In this document: positions 1 through 13,740 of the stretch, piece after piece
Numbering within the stretch: position 1 is the first letter of the stretch
How the letters are laid out: every line of letters begins with the position of its first letter
NCBI GenBank assembly: GCA_027923505.1
Contig: BROI01000014.1
Span: forward strand, 248,001-312,000
DNA: 64,000 bases
Origin: Mayamaea pseudoterrestris
Lineage: Eukaryota
Direction: 5' to 3'
The notes under the pieces: generated by a model
The model's database searches: none
Seen by the model: only the letters and a program-made list of their open reading frames with translations
What the model was told of the DNA's origin: nothing
Translations under genes and position numbers: made by a program

Positions 1-429
1 GGCTCGTTTTGTTTTATCTAAAGTACTGTACCCCCGCTAGCACACATGCACTTTCGATAATCACCTCTCCTCGCGAGTGAATGTATATACATGATACAAG
101 AATGTGAATGTCTTTAGCGTGGTAAGTGGGAGAAAAGTTGGGATGAGGCAAGAATCTAGCGACACTTCACTGTTAGCAATTTTGCCCCTGTTGCTGCGCA
201 GCAACATACCAGAATTGGCGCTAGCACCATTTGCATGCAAACTCCCAAGTTTTGTTATAAAATATTTATTTATTCCTTGCCAAGTTCTGTCATGAGTTGG
301 CTCGCGGCCACCGCAACACTCATTCTCTTGAAGACCAAACCTTAACTTGAGTTCGAGCGCATCGTTGGCGCCGTCATTTACTGTTAATTTAAGTTTGTCT
401 CGTGGTGCGACCGTCTGACAAGTAATTCA

Positions 430-2965
430 TCATGGGACTTGCAGACTGCACGGTGCCAAAGTGTGTAGAGTGCACTCAAAGAAAGACTTGAACTGGTGCG
501 ACGAGATTGGCTTGTAAAGAATGTGTGAAATTCCAACGGCGGCGCACCGATGATGAAGCGATTCCGATGTTTCCGCAGTCAGCGCCGCAACAATTGGTTT
601 TGGACTTATAGCGTCATTAGCTCGAATAGCTTGGCAAAGTTCAATGCCATCCATGACGGGCCTGGACGTCAAAAACGAGTTAGTTGAGATGCGAAGGTTA
701 CAATGCATCAACGCAACGAACATATATGACTTACATCTGAATGTCGGTAATGACAAGGTCATACTGGTTGCGAGTCAGTTCCTGAAGGGCTTTGGCACCT
801 GAGTTAGCAGCTTTCACGATGTATTTATCTGACAGGCGCACAATCATTCGCTCGAGAACCTTCAAATTAATGAGCGTATCGTCGACGACAAGGACCCTAA
901 GGGCATGATGGGATATTGAGTCCGCGGGACGACGCAACTCGTTGGTTTGCGAGTTTGTTCGTGTCTCTACCAAAATCTTGGATGAAGCAATGAATTCTGG
1001 AGAATTGACGACCGGCAAACAAAAACTGAAGCAAGCTCCCCCAGCTGGGTTATTCGTCACCCAAATATTGCCTTTCATTCGCTCCACAAACTTGCGACAC
1101 AGGTTCAAGCCAATGCCTGTTCCCGATGAGTGAGCGTTCAAGCAGTTACTGCGTGTATAGAACTTTCCAGGCTGGCTGTATTGTGAAAACTTTTGAAAAA
1201 TTTTGTCAATCATTTCTGAAGGAATTCCGTCCCCTGAATCTTGTACAGAATTGATAGCTACTCTCTCAGTTGGAGAGCTTATAATCGACGGTTCTATACC
1301 AGTCGCCAGTGCATTGCGAATTCTATCGTTGGCATCGTCGATGCTAACCACTTCGGCGCGCAGACATATGTCACCCTTCCCTGCATACTTGATTGCATTT
1401 GACACGAGGTTCACCAGAACCTGCTGAAATCGGACTGGGTTGGAATATATATAGATGTTCTCGTTTTCGTCAAAATCAAGACATAGGTATGGGTGGGTGT
1501 CGTTCAGCGCCGCAATTGGCCGACAGAAACTCGACGTGTCTCTCATCGCGTCCGCCAACGAAACAGGATCAAGTTGAAAATTTTCCATCATGTTCGCATC
1601 CATCTTATGGCTATCCAGTAAATTGTTAATGAGCGTTAAAAGCATCCGAGACGAAGCCATCACAGTGGTCATGCACTGATACATTTCCTCGGGCGACGAT
1701 TGTTGAAAACGGCCACAACCTCCGTCTCCATTTTCATCCACGTCATTCGCCGGAGTAAGGAGACTTGTAATTCCGATTATTCCTTGAAGCGGGGTACGCA
1801 TCTCATGCGTCAAGGTTTCCATACTTTCTTGCATTGCAGTCATGGCGGCTTGTTCGGCTGCCTTTTCCGCGCGTTCGCGAGCGCAAATGTGGGAGATATC
1901 GTTCATAGCTACGAAGTATTGGACGGAGCTGTTGACATGTGTCCCATTGTGGTTGCTTTCCGACCTTGCAAAAGTAAAGGGCGAAACGACTACTCTCATA
2001 TCTTTTCCACGTAAGCATAATGGCATTGAATGCTGGCGTGTTCCATAGCACGCGCAAAAGTCTTTGGTCACCTCCGCTGTCAATCCCATAGCCTTGACAA
2101 GCGATATTTTTTCATTTTCATTAGCTTTAATCCCCACAAGGTTCTGCAAAGCCTGGTTGGACCATATAATGAAGTGATTTGGATCGGTAATGGCAATTGC
2201 AACTTCACATGCTTCCAGCGCCAGGGAAATCATTTGCATAGTTTCAGCTTGTCGAGCCATCTCCTTCCCTCTGACTTTCATTAGACTTTGTAGCGATTGC
2301 TTCATACTAACTTGGTCGCGAAAAGCTCCTGTAGCAACCATGCCCAAGGAAGCCAAAATGCCCATTTTAATAATGTTGTAGCCTCCAGTAGCCGCGTGAC
2401 CAGGTACCTGCATCGTACTGCTGATTTCCACTGCCAAGTGGTGTACAAAAACTCCACACAGTATGAAAGCAGACATGCGAGCACTCAAGAGCTCATCTTT
2501 CCATGGCAGTAGTTGCAATGCGCAGGCGAAGATCGCAGTCATGACGCAAAATACGAGCGTAGGTGCAGTGTCAACGCTCTCCGTCAACAGGGTTGCAATG
2601 ATGGACCAAGCAGAAGCGTACAGTATCATGCCAATCTTCACTGAAGTCTCAAGCGTGATATTGCTGCTTATATGAATAAAGGCCATCCACAGTAACTGAG
2701 GTAAAAGAATGGGGTCCGTCCCGAATGGCCACATGAAGACTACAGTCGTCGTATTGCAGGCCGTCTGAGCGATGAATGCCGCAATCGACAGCTTCTGATC
2801 ATTCTTGGCCCAGGCTATCCAATGCAAAATCCAAGCGCTTCCCATGAAGATAACAATGGACGTTTCTTTCAAACCAGGATCTTCCATGTAGTATATGCTT
2901 CCAATGTACATGACTAGAAACAGCGAGCTAGTCAGCCCAGAAATCAAATCTCCGTAGAGGGCCAT
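430..2965 (-). CDS. Membrane-bound hybrid sensor histidine kinase (TM region, PAS-like, HisKA, HATPase, receiver); intron 662-734
   Basis: H-box THEMRTPLQG, N-box NLVSNAIKY, G1 DSGDGI, G2 GTGIGL and receiver VLVVDD. Removing GT-AG intron 662-734 restores ITDIQM-PVMDG. Confidence 0.92.
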
Positions 2966-3704
2966 GGTGCGTAAAAGGGTAAACAGAAGGTGAATCTATT
3001 TTCCAAATTTCGCTCAAATCTCGTTATATCGTCTTGTCGCAGCAGATCCAAGGATGAATCTTGATACTGGACGACGCTGCGCGAGACTCGGAGATGATAA
3101 ATTGAAGGTTGGTTCGTGTTCTTCGTGTTTAATGGTGCCGCGAGAAAATATTGTGATGCCGACGCCTTCTCCGACGGTGCATGACGAGGAAGGTGACCGG
3201 CGAGGAACACGTGATTTGCAGTCGCGGATTTCATAACCTATGCCTTCAAAATGTCATGTGGACATAATCTTACGTGGCTGTTCGAATCAGGGGCACGCAA
3301 TATCATTGCCCTCTTCTCATGCGAGAAATCGACTCGAGGTCCAAAGAAGGCAAGAAAAGTTGCGTGCGTGCGTACGAGCTCTTTACTCAAGTAAGATTGT
3401 ACTCGCAAGCATCACCATGGCCATTCTTTGGAGATAAAGCTCTCTAGGCGCAACGCAACAAGCTTTTGTTTCAAAAGCTGATACAGAAGCCTCCAATGCT
3501 GCCAATTTTCACTGTCCATTAAAGTAACCAATGGCGTGAGATCGGAGTAATGAAACTCCGAAAGTCATATGTCAATGGCACAAGGATGTCCAGAGAACGC
3601 GCGCTACGAATCATGACGTCATTCCTTCCTTTGGCGAGAATGTCACACCGTGAACCACCACGGAAGTCGTCGTTCCACTCGCCATTTTCGTTACGCTAGC
3701 GACC

Positions 3705-5550
3705 ATGGCGTCCCAACCGGAGCCTTCGACCGTTCCGCGGGAGGCGGCGGAACCGCCAAGCAAGATTATGAATGTAGATGAGCTTGTGTATGGATTCGAG
3801 TCCTTTCATGCCATTGTTCAACCAGGTACGTACTGATTTTGGCAAGTGGAACGATGAAAGAAGAGTAGGACGAGCACAGCTTCCGAGAGAAAAGATAGAA
3901 TACAGTCATCATCTCATCAAGTATCTCTCGTTTGCAGTCATAATAACCATGATATTATCATCACTTGCCGTCATTTACATCAACACTCCCGAGAGCCGAG
4001 CGGCTGGCGAACAAGCCATTTCGCACTACGCCGTCACTGGATCAGCTTCCGAGGCTGACTCCAACGGGGCCGCCCTTGGACAAGCCTTGGCAAATTCTCT
4101 TGTCATTGTTGGAGTCGTTTGTGGAGTAACCTTTTTGCTCGTGCTCTTGTACAAGTGGCGATGCATGAAGCTACTTATGGGCTACATGGTGCTGGCGTCG
4201 GCCATGCTGCTGGGGTACTTGGCGGGGGCAATGTGGAACTTTGCGATTCAAATTTATGGATTACATGTTGACAAGATTACATTTTACGTGGTAGTCTTTA
4301 ACTTTTGTTTGGTGGGTTGTGGGGCAATTTTCTATGGGAAAGGCATTCCCTTGACGGTGACGCAAGGCTACCTCGTGGCGTCGTCGGTGATTGTGGCCTG
4401 GCAATTTAGTTACTTTGATCCGTGGACTACGTGGTTGCTACTCATAATGCTTGCACTATACGACTTGTTTGCGGTACTCTCTCCCTGTGGTCCTTTGAAG
4501 GCACTGGTCAAGCTAATGCAGCGCGATAATGCACCCGCCATGCCAGGATTATTGTACGAAGCAAACGTTCAGGCTCGACGTCCGACGCGGCCCGACGGCA
4601 GCAGTACAACCGAAAATGCAAGCAATCCCAATGCCAATGCCAATGCCAATGCACAATCACAATTAACATGTCTGAGTCCCGTGCAACCGAATACATCGTC
4701 GCTTCAGGAGACCACATATGAAGACCCGGCGACGGTGAATGTTCGTTACAGCAACGGCCATTTGCTAAATGTCGGCGCTGATCCAACGACGACGAACACA
4801 ACCAGTGCTATTAGCGACCAGGCCTCTCGCACCAGTATAATGACCATGGCATCAACTGGTTTGGAAGCCGAAACTGCACGACAAACCTCTTTGGTCGCCG
4901 ACGCTGCCGCTTCACTTACACCCGACGAGCTCGAGTCGGGCGTCGCTGCTGCAGAATATATTCCACTCGCCCTTGCCAAGAGATACCGATTGCGTACAGT
5001 GGACGATCCTTGGCCAAGATGGATGCCGAATGAGGATGGTTCGCCTTGTGATGGTACCTTCACTGTCGAAGAGTTGCGGTCGCTTGTTCAGGTGCGATTT
5101 TCTCCTGGTGGCGGCCGCATTCAGGTGGCGGCTCCGCGACGGCCGAATGAAGAAAGCCGATACGAAATTTACGATCGCGAAGGCATTTTGAAGCGAGTCT
5201 TGTTTGTCAATGAGCAAGGCCAGGTATATCAAGACTTGCGTGGCCAAAATCCAGGGCACGATGAAGATGATGACGACAGTCGGAACAACATCAAACTAGG
5301 TCTCGGCGATTTCATCTTTTACTCGATCCTGGTTGCCAAAGCTGCCATGTATAGCTTCACGGCGTTTGCTTCTTGCTCCCTAGTTATATTGATCGGCCTA
5401 TTGGGAACACTGGTATTACTGGGCGTGTATGGCAAGGCGCTTCCCGCACTCCCGATTTCCATTTTCCTGGGTGTTGTTTTCTTCCTCCTCACGCGCTATC
5501 TCATGCAGCCGTGGATTGAAATGGTCTTCATACAGCAAAGCTATGTATAG
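3705..5550 (+). CDS. PSEN: Presenilin (gamma-secretase catalytic subunit, peptidase A22A); intron 3826-3937
   Basis: Catalytic ALYDLFAVL and KLGLGDFIFYS motifs, plus PALP. An upstream ATG at 3705 spliced via GT(3826)-AG(3937) gives ELVYGFESFHAIVQPVIITM, matching presenilin TM1. Confidence 0.93.
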
Positions 5551-5588
5551 TACAGATTACGATTAATATCCTCCATCCGAGTTACTTT

Positions 5589-8257
5589 CTACATTAAAAC
5601 CCTGTACTTGCGACCCACTGTCTGCTTTGACGCACGCTTTGCCAAGTCCCCCTTTTGTTGCCTATTTGCAAGAACTCTTCCACTCTGTAGGGCGGAAGCT
5701 CTGTATTCGCTGAAAAGATCGTCAAAGGATGATTCTGTGCTATGTTTAAGCGCCAACTGCCCCTTGTCTAGAACCCATAGCTCGTTACAAAACCCGGCAA
5801 GGAATCCTTGATTATGACTTATCATCAGCACAGCTCCGTCAAAAGCATTCAAAGCTTTGCTCATCGAATTCAACGTCTCGAGATCAACGTGGTTGGTGCT
5901 GAAATATAAAACACAAAAATGAGGTGAAAACATGTGTAAAAGTCAAGTTTAGAAAAGAGGAAATTCTCACCGGCTTACCTTTCGTCCAGGCACAACAGAT
6001 GAGGCTCGTCTATAAAGTAGTGACAGGAATGAGATTATTTATATGTCACACGCGAGCGCACAACACATCCGTTGCACCTTACCTGCCAAACCAGTCGCAA
6101 ATGCAAGTCTCATTCTCTCGCCACCACTGAGATGCTTAATTTTCTGCAGCGCATGCCTTCCTCCTAAGCCAAATGCACCGAGATACTGACGAATATTCCC
6201 CGAAGCCTTTTTTGCCATCTCCACTGCTACTCTTGACGAGCGAAATTGTTCTTCCGCATACGCGACAACACTCAGGTTGTCGTATTGTTCTAGCTCTTCC
6301 ACCGCATATTGGGTGACATGTCCGACTCGGATATCAGGACGCGACCAAATGCTGCCTGTAGATTGATAATCCGCAGGAATGATATCACCTGATATCAGTT
6401 TCATCAATGACGACTTTCCTGCCCCGTTAATGCCCACTATCGCAGCCTTTGTGCGTCGATCAACACTGACTGTCAAGTCATGTAATAACAAATTTGAATG
6501 GTATCCAAAGGAAAATCCTTCGAGGCGCACTAATGGCTCATAATCTCCGAGACCCGCTGGCCACGCTGGATTAGGGAAACGCATGGTGATTATAGGCTCG
6601 TCAATTTCGACCTGAACATTCTGGGCCAGCCGTATGCTATCTTCGCTCAAAGTCGCCAAAGAAAAATTCTTGTACCTTTTGCCATCCTCGCGATAATTGC
6701 CTATACGTTCCAACTTCTTCTCCTTCATCATTCTAGCTTGCCGCTGCTTGTTAGGATCTGCTGACTTTTTGTGCGATATGGATTGTTGTTTTTGGATAAA
6801 AGCCTGTGCTGATGCCCGTTGTCGTTCGGCAGCATCAAGTATTTGAGACTCTCGAGCAGCCTTCTCTTGTACTTGACGAAGATAGTCCGAATAGTTGCTC
6901 CGATAATGATATGTGAGTCGTTTATGCTCCAGTACTACTATATCGGTGCAAACTGCGTCGAGAAACGTCGTGTCATGCGAAACAATGATAAGCGTGCGTT
7001 CTGAATCGGAAGACAAGTAGGAAATGAGCCAATCCAGACCATGCAAATCAAGATGATTAGTGCACTCGTCAAAAAGAATAAGATCGCTCGTGGTCAAGAT
7101 CGATTGCGCCAAGGAAAGACGCATTCTCCAGCCGCCTGAAAGGTTTCTTGTCGGTGCATGAATCATTTCGTGGGTGAATTGCAGTCCATGCAGGATTTCC
7201 AGCGCCCTCGTCTCGATGGAATCGGCATCCGATACATCCATTTCAGTAACGATTGCTTCCAATCTTTCCGCCAGATGCAAAACTTCTTCATCGTCCAAAT
7301 CTTCCATTTCCAAACGTGCTTCGACTTTCAAATGTTCCTCCAGTAGCGCCGTTCGGTCAGTGTCAGACTTGATGAGCGCCTCCAGCGCCGAATCGTCTGT
7401 TCCCACAAGATGTTGCTGCACCAAGCGAATGCGCATATCATGCGGTATACCAGGAATTGCTTTATGTGCAAGTCGTCGCAGCAAGGTGGATCTGAGTGTC
7501 AAACGGAGTGACTACGTGAGTAAATATACCAATTTATACAAGCTCTATGAGCACCTCGAACTTACTTTCCAACACCATTGCGACCGATCAAGCCATATTT
7601 ATGTCCCTTGACAATGTCCATTGGCGATCCGCTCAGCAAGTCTAGCCCATTATCCAAGAGAATGGAAACATTGCTGAGGTGAATATTGCTCTTGACGGAA
7701 TTGACGGCCGCCGAGTACTCGCCGCGTCCACCCTTGCCCCGACCGCCCCAATTTTGTTCAACAGCAAGTTCGTCATCCTCGCCGACCTTTGTATCATTAT
7801 GCTTCTGGTCGTTTTGCTGCTGCTTTTGATGGCGTCGCTCCTTCCGTGGCCGAGTTGCGTTTGAAACCGGTAAATGTGTCTCGCTTGTACTAGTCGTCGA
7901 CGCCATTGTCGTCAAAACATCACTCTCCCCATTATTCGACTCATTGATAGCTTGGCTACTCAATGTCTGTGGAGTCTCCAACAGGCGCATGGAATTTTTG
8001 CTCGCAGCTTGCAAAGTTCCGTCGTCCGTTGTTGATGAGCTTGCTCCAAATTCATCCACGAAACGCTTGATCGCTCCCATGAGTCTCTGTAAAACATTTT
8101 CATCTTCAATAAATTCTTGCAACGTTTCTTGCAATTCGTTTACATCGTCAAAACTTTCTGAATCGCCAGCCAGGACGCCATGCAACAAGTATTCCTTGAT
8201 TTCGTCGTCAAGTTCCGCCTCGATTAGTATTTCCTCCATGTCGTTGTGAAGATCCAT
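5589..8257 (-). CDS. ABC-F family soluble ATPase (two ABC domains), multi-exon
   Basis: Walker A GRNGVGK and GINGAGKS, signatures LSGGWRMR and LSGGERMR, D-loop DECTNHLD, and TNHVD/ISHN in the last exon. Introns near 7495-7565 and 5900-6080 (boundaries approximate). Confidence 0.88.
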
Positions 8258-8572
8258 TATCAGAATACACCTCTTTGCTTCTAATATTGTAATGATGCTG
8301 TGTATTGCGCCCGAGAAGAGGTGATGTATGAAGGCGCAGCAACGAACACAAGTCGATGCGACGATCCAACCATTGCACGTTTCGATTCATTTGGCGATGA
8401 TGACTACCGCTACGACTCTGCATCGGCGCGGTCGCCGCGCACCGAAAGCATCGTCGCATTCCATGTCTCGGTGATGGGCGGCCGACGTAACAATAAGCTT
8501 TGACAAAGAATGATGATAATCATTAGTATGTGAGATAGGAAGACAGCAAATGAATGATACAAAATGGGCTAG

Positions 8573-9841
8573 ATGTCGACAATGCAGCAGCAACAGCGTC
8601 AAACATCATGTCGTCGTCAAACGAACAGGAACAGGAGGGGCCATCCATTTATCGCCATAATGGCAAAGTCAACCTTACTTGCTTTAATGATTCTCTACTT
8701 GTATCTTCTCCAAAGTATGTCACATACAGCTTTTCCTATACTACTGGAAAAGATACATAACATGGAGAAACCCGGCTATGTCGCGCAAACGACGGATCAA
8801 ACAAATCTCCAAGCTGAGCTAAAGCGCATACTCCAAAATGAGCTTGTCAATCCTTACATCCCCCATTGACACCCGGCTTGTTTATTCACTTGGGCAAGAC
8901 GGGAGGAAGCTCCATTGCCACGATGATGCGGCATGGTTGTCACTCCTGGATCCCCAAGCCGTGTCGAAACGTTTTGAATGAAAGCATTGTCAGTCGACTA
9001 TCAACGTATGTGCACACGCCAGACTTGGAGCGCATGGATTTGAATCAGTCAGTGATGCATGAGAGAAATCAGTCTGCTGCAATGTCAGACAAAACCCTTG
9101 TTGCTGCACCACCAGCATATTTGTTTTACATTCTCACTGTCCGCGAGCCACTGGCGCGACTCCTTTCGGCCTTTGTGTTTGAACATCCAGCCAACCAGCT
9201 CGCCGTTTCCGTCATGCGCCAGCGATTCGCTCAAGTCTTTTCGTGCTTTCCGACCCTTCAAGCATTTGCGGATGCATTGGGAGAGGACGAAAATGACGGC
9301 AGCGACGGCGAACATGAGCTTGACGCTATAAGGAAGAAGCAGAATGAAGTCAATGCGACAGTCACTTCCAAAACAGTGCCGATTGCAGGCACGAGCCATG
9401 ATGAACCACAAGGTTCGAGACAGCATGCACTTTTACTACGACTATCGGCTCGTATCCAAGCTTTTACTCGGCTACGACTTTCGAAAGAACAAGTTTGAAT
9501 CAGATACACCGCCGTTGCTCGTGATTCGGACCGAACTCTTGTGGAGCGACTGGGTGCGCGTCAATGAATGGCTTTCGGGCGATGCGCCGCAACCAGTGAC
9601 ACAACAATCAGTTTTGAAGATACATGACACGTCGCTGAAGCAACTAGTGGTAACTAAAACGTTGGACAGTCATGGGCAACGAAAGCTTTGTCGAGCGCTT
9701 GCGGAGGAATATCGCATGTACTCTCTGCTAATTCAACGAGCCGTCAACTTGTCGCCCAGCGAAAAGCGCGAGACAATGAATTATGCAAAGAATGCCTGCC
9801 CGGAAATACATTGGGAGCGTTTGCCTGGACCTGTTTCATAA
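8573..9841 (+). pseudogene. Sulfotransferase-family-like protein split over three frames (frameshifted gene or sequence error)
   Basis: N-terminal hydrophobic anchor, FIHLGKTGGSSI (5'-PSB-like) and TVREPLARLLSAFVF (3'-PB-like). Frame changes near 8866 and about 9340-9400. Confidence 0.55.
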
Positions 9842-10368
9842 CGTGCACATAGGTCGGCAGCATGAAATGGTATGTTGCGCGAGACAGGCAACCGCCTTTT
9901 TGCAATTTTAGCCTTTGGCCAACGAGAGCAAACGAAGCGACTGGGGTTTCGACGCATGTCGGAGGTTGAGTGAACAATTGCGCTACTAGTAATGAATTTG
10001 GCACGACCTGCCTTGTATCTTAAGCTTAAGGCAGACAGACTGGCTATCGGTTGCTTAGTCGCACTGCTTTGGTTACAATCGCAGCAATGCCGCCAAGTAT
10101 TTTTGTGCACAGCACTTTGAACGTCTTGTTTCACATACCGCAAGACGAAAGAAGCTGCTACGTCCAAACGAATTACGATTCCTGCAAAACCATTTGAGAA
10201 GATTACAAATCTAACTTGCGATAGTCCCTGATTAGTTCAGTAACAAATAAATATCCATTGTACTTGCTTTCTACTTGACTACGTCAAATGTTCACCGCCA
10301 GTGACTTAAACCATTGCTGCATCGGTCACTGTAGCTTACACGTCGGGCACTGCATCCTCGCCAGCTAC

Positions 10369-11394
10369 TTATACATTGTCTGAAGCAGTAGTCTGCTCTT
10401 GATGCTGTTCCTCATAGTTTTCGTCATGCATTTGCGTCTCATGGTGGTGCTTGTTAATCACGTCTTTGGATTCCTGCGTGCGTGTAGCCGCACTTGTCGT
10501 TGCCGCCCTGCGCGGTCGGTGCACCAGCAAGACAAACATAATCTTTACCAACACGAGTGCCGAAATGATGGCGACTCCAACAATGGCTCCAATCTGAAAA
10601 CCATTAATCTGCTTTTGTGTAAAACTCTGCGAAATGCTATCAAAGGGATCATTGAGCTCCTTGTAGATCCAGCCAAGTGCCCAAACAATGACACATGGCG
10701 GCGTCAAGTCGACGGGGTTTCGCGAAAGAAAACCAACGGCCACTGCCAATAGCGCCACCAAGCACAATCCAGCAATGGCCATTTGACTAATCGCGGAAGC
10801 TCCATAGGCCACAAGCGTCACGTTGACATTCAGCGCCGTCGCTGCCAAAATCCATCCGCAGTGCAGCGAAAAGGGAAACTGCCAAATGAACCAGCTCTTG
10901 ATGCACTTGTGTACAGCATTCAGCGACAGCACCGTCCAAATCAACGTGACGCACAGCAGCAGCATGAATATGAGACTCGGCCAAATAATTTCCCACGTGA
11001 AACTCAGCGTCCAGCAAACTTGCCATATGGTAACGAGCAAGTACTTGTATTTTACGGCACTGACAATGCACTCGTGTTTTCGCTGCGACGGCACTATCAG
11101 TTGCCAAGCGGCCCAAACGCCCTGCAGCAAAAAGATTAGTGTCCAAATCAAAAAGGCCTTAGAGTTTGGTGTAATGATGGTTTGGTACTTGGCCGAAAGC
11201 TCGCCGTTGGTTGGTCGGTTGGCCCATCCCGATGTGCCAAAGCCGTAGGTGATGGTAATGTTGACAATAAAGGCAAGCACATTGATCCAGTTGAAGAATG
11301 AGAAACCTGTAAAGAGTCTCTTGATCAATGGCTTGTCGTCATGTCTTTGCTGTGACAAGTCGGTCGTCGTCGTTGTCGGTTTTTCCGTGCTCAT
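10369..11394 (-). CDS. Multi-pass membrane protein (TspO-like/tryptophan-rich sensory protein-like family)
   Basis: 341-aa ORF with about 8 TM segments. Motifs SAKYQTIITP..AFLIW and FPFSLHCGWILAATALN are shared with 13741-14706. Confidence 0.65.
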   Translation of the reverse strand: MSTEKPTTTTTDLSQQRHDDKPLIKRLFTGFSFFNWINVLAFIVNITITYGFGTSGWANRPTNGELSAKYQTIITPNSKAFLIWTLIFLLQGVWAAWQLIVPSQRKHECIVSAVKYKYLLVTIWQVCWTLSFTWEIIWPSLIFMLLLCVTLIWTVLSLNAVHKCIKSWFIWQFPFSLHCGWILAATALNVNVTLVAYGASAISQMAIAGLCLVALLAVAVGFLSRNPVDLTPPCVIVWALGWIYKELNDPFDSISQSFTQKQINGFQIGAIVGVAIISALVLVKIMFVLLVHRPRRAATTSAATRTQESKDVINKHHHETQMHDENYEEQHQEQTTASDNV

Positions 11395-11910
11395 GATGCC
11401 GAGATTTCGATGCAGAGATGGCGATGCAGATGGAGTGGAGGTTCGAGGTGACTGGAAGCAACGAATAAAGCAGCGGCAATGCGATCAATCCAAGAGCACA
11501 AATTGTTTGTGCGACTTCCGGCTGATTGGTTTTCTTTACATTCGATCCGAGTCCATGTCGAACAGATTGGAAGCTCGAGTAATCCCCCTTGGTGATGCGC
11601 ATCATCGTGGCAGTCGCATGGTGGCTTATCGCAAAAGCGAATTCAGAACGCCACGTCAGATGACGTGGTCCAATCAAAAAGATCGCTCATTGAACGGCTA
11701 GGAGTACGTCACGTGATTTAGCTACGTCGCATCGCACATCCACCATTTAAGTCATGACTTACAGCACTCAAACCTTCCCTTATATCAAGCCGAAGGCCAT
11801 TTGACTTGACCTATCTATCATGCGACAAGCGATATTTCTGACGAGGCAAAATTTTTAATAAATGATGGCAGAACTATGTGTGAACCCGTCGATTTCCTCG
11901 TGTCAACCGA

Positions 11911-13389
11911 CTAACGAGACAAGTGCTCGCTCGGCACAACGTCCATGGCCGGTATTTCACGCTCATATTGCTCCCTCTCCGTTGTCGATCTTTGTGGTAG
12001 ACAGCCGCAGGGCATTCCGCAGGAGCGAAAGCATTCAATAAATGGTTCAAAGACAACCATGATTGTATATGTAACGCCAAGCCGCGGATCAAACTTGCCG
12101 CGCCGCTTGGGCAGTTGGTTCGTTTCGTTTGCATTGACAGCCGAATCGACTACCATGGTTCCGCACGCGAAACAGCCACAAAAGAAACCACTGGCGAGGC
12201 AAATGAGCAAGGTACACAGCGTGTACATGATGGCGGCAAGGATCAGCAATGGCACAAAGCAGCAATACAGTCGCCGCCAGTATTGATCCATGGTGCGATG
12301 ATCAATGTAGGACTGTCGACACTTGGAGCAGTCGCGAAAGAGCGTCTCCTTTTGTTCGGGGCGGTTCGGATCTTTGGCGCCGCCGCTCAAGTACTCGTGG
12401 GTTCCGCACTTCCAGCAAAAGTCTTGGCGACACATTGGACAAACGACAAGGTCGCAGCCGGTAGTCTTGCTGAGAGCAACGCCGCAGTGGGAGCAAGGTT
12501 TTGTGAACTGTGACAATGTATCTTGCGTTGCTGCAATGGGGTCATTCTGGAGTGCCAGGTTGCTGGTAGCTCCATTGCTATTTACAGCATTAGCCTTCGC
12601 CAACTTTGCCATGAAATCAATGCAGGATTGCTGCAAATGCCCCGATCCATGAACCGCGCAAAAGGTTTGCTGCGGGCAGTCATTGTTCAAGCAATGGCGA
12701 AGGTTTGGATCGTGGGGTTGTTGCTGGTGCTCCACGAATGAATCTTTTGTGTCTTTATCAGTCGATACAACTTCGATTGAATTTGTTAAAGCTCCCTCAT
12801 CTGCCGTAAGCCCCGACGGACCATCTAAATGGCTCATCTCCAATCCTTGTCCTGTCTTTTGCGGAATATCGTTTGGTCCATAGAGTTCATCGCATAGGGG
12901 GCATGGCGCGAGCGCTGAATCTTGAGCAAGGCGCTCGAGTCTAACGTAGACTTGATACGCTGCTTGCTGCTCTGGAACTAGTGCGTTTCGAATCTCCTCG
13001 CGCGAAAGATTCGTTTCGCAATTTGGTTTCGTCATGGGACATGGAATTGGAATGCGTCGGGACGATGCAATGGTAAAGGTGCAGTAGTCCTGCAAGCAGG
13101 GCCGACAAAAGACATGCTGACAAGCTTCAAGCTGACACGATGAGCGTCCAGCAGGTCCATCGGCTAGACTCTGGCCGCCGAGTTCTAAATCTCCATTAAA
13201 GTCCTCGTAGCAGACTGGACAGGAAGCAAGCAATTGATTCTCCTCGTCTGCGTTGTCTAGAATGCTACTGCTGCCACTGCCGATGCTGCCTTCATACGTT
13301 TCTGCCTCGTTCAGGTCCAGCGAAACAATTTTTTCATGGCTAATATGAATGCAGCTATTCGTGCAGCTAGCAGCCAGTCCTGCAGTCAT
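11911..13389 (-). CDS. RBR (RING-IBR-RING) E3 ubiquitin ligase with C-terminal TM segments
   Basis: RING1 CPVC..CQHVFCRPC..CP, IBR CPLC..C..FCAVH, RING2 KPCSHCG..GCDLVVCPMCRQDFCWKC. Confidence 0.85.
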   Translation of the reverse strand: MTAGLAASCTNSCIHISHEKIVSLDLNEAETYEGSIGSGSSSILDNADEENQLLASCPVCYEDFNGDLELGGQSLADGPAGRSSCQLEACQHVFCRPCLQDYCTFTIASSRRIPIPCPMTKPNCETNLSREEIRNALVPEQQAAYQVYVRLERLAQDSALAPCPLCDELYGPNDIPQKTGQGLEMSHLDGPSGLTADEGALTNSIEVVSTDKDTKDSFVEHQQQPHDPNLRHCLNNDCPQQTFCAVHGSGHLQQSCIDFMAKLAKANAVNSNGATSNLALQNDPIAATQDTLSQFTKPCSHCGVALSKTTGCDLVVCPMCRQDFCWKCGTHEYLSGGAKDPNRPEQKETLFRDCSKCRQSYIDHRTMDQYWRRLYCCFVPLLILAAIMYTLCTLLICLASGFFCGCFACGTMVVDSAVNANETNQLPKRRGKFDPRLGVTYTIMVVFEPFIECFRSCGMPCGCLPQRSTTEREQYEREIPAMDVVPSEHLSR

Positions 13390-13740
13390 GCTACAGCTCG
13401 TCTCAAACCAGTATACTGACGAAAGAGGTGCGCCAGATGAAGGATCGTTTCATCTTCATCATCGGCCACTCCGCGCGGGCCCAATGAGCGGCGCGGCGGA
13501 GTCATTCTATCAACGGCGTCGGAGCGGTTCTGAAAATGACCCCGATTTGAAAAGGGTTGGTGCTCCGCGAAACAAAACCTGATGTGACATTAGAAGCACT
13601 AACCTTCCGGTAACTGTACTTAAATTGTTTGAAAGCTTGTCGCAATGGAGAGAAGTAATCTATATCAATAAAGTACTGCGTACAAATTCGTTACATAGCT
13701 GCTAATTAGACCAAACATCATCTCAGATTCATTCCCCATC

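Noticed and set aside
430..2965. Histidine kinase as bacterial contamination or recent HGT
   Set aside because: It contains a spliceosomal intron and sits among eukaryotic genes; hybrid kinases are common in diatoms.
4627..4652. (CCAATG)n microsatellite in presenilin
   Set aside because: It encodes a simple NANANA low-complexity loop.
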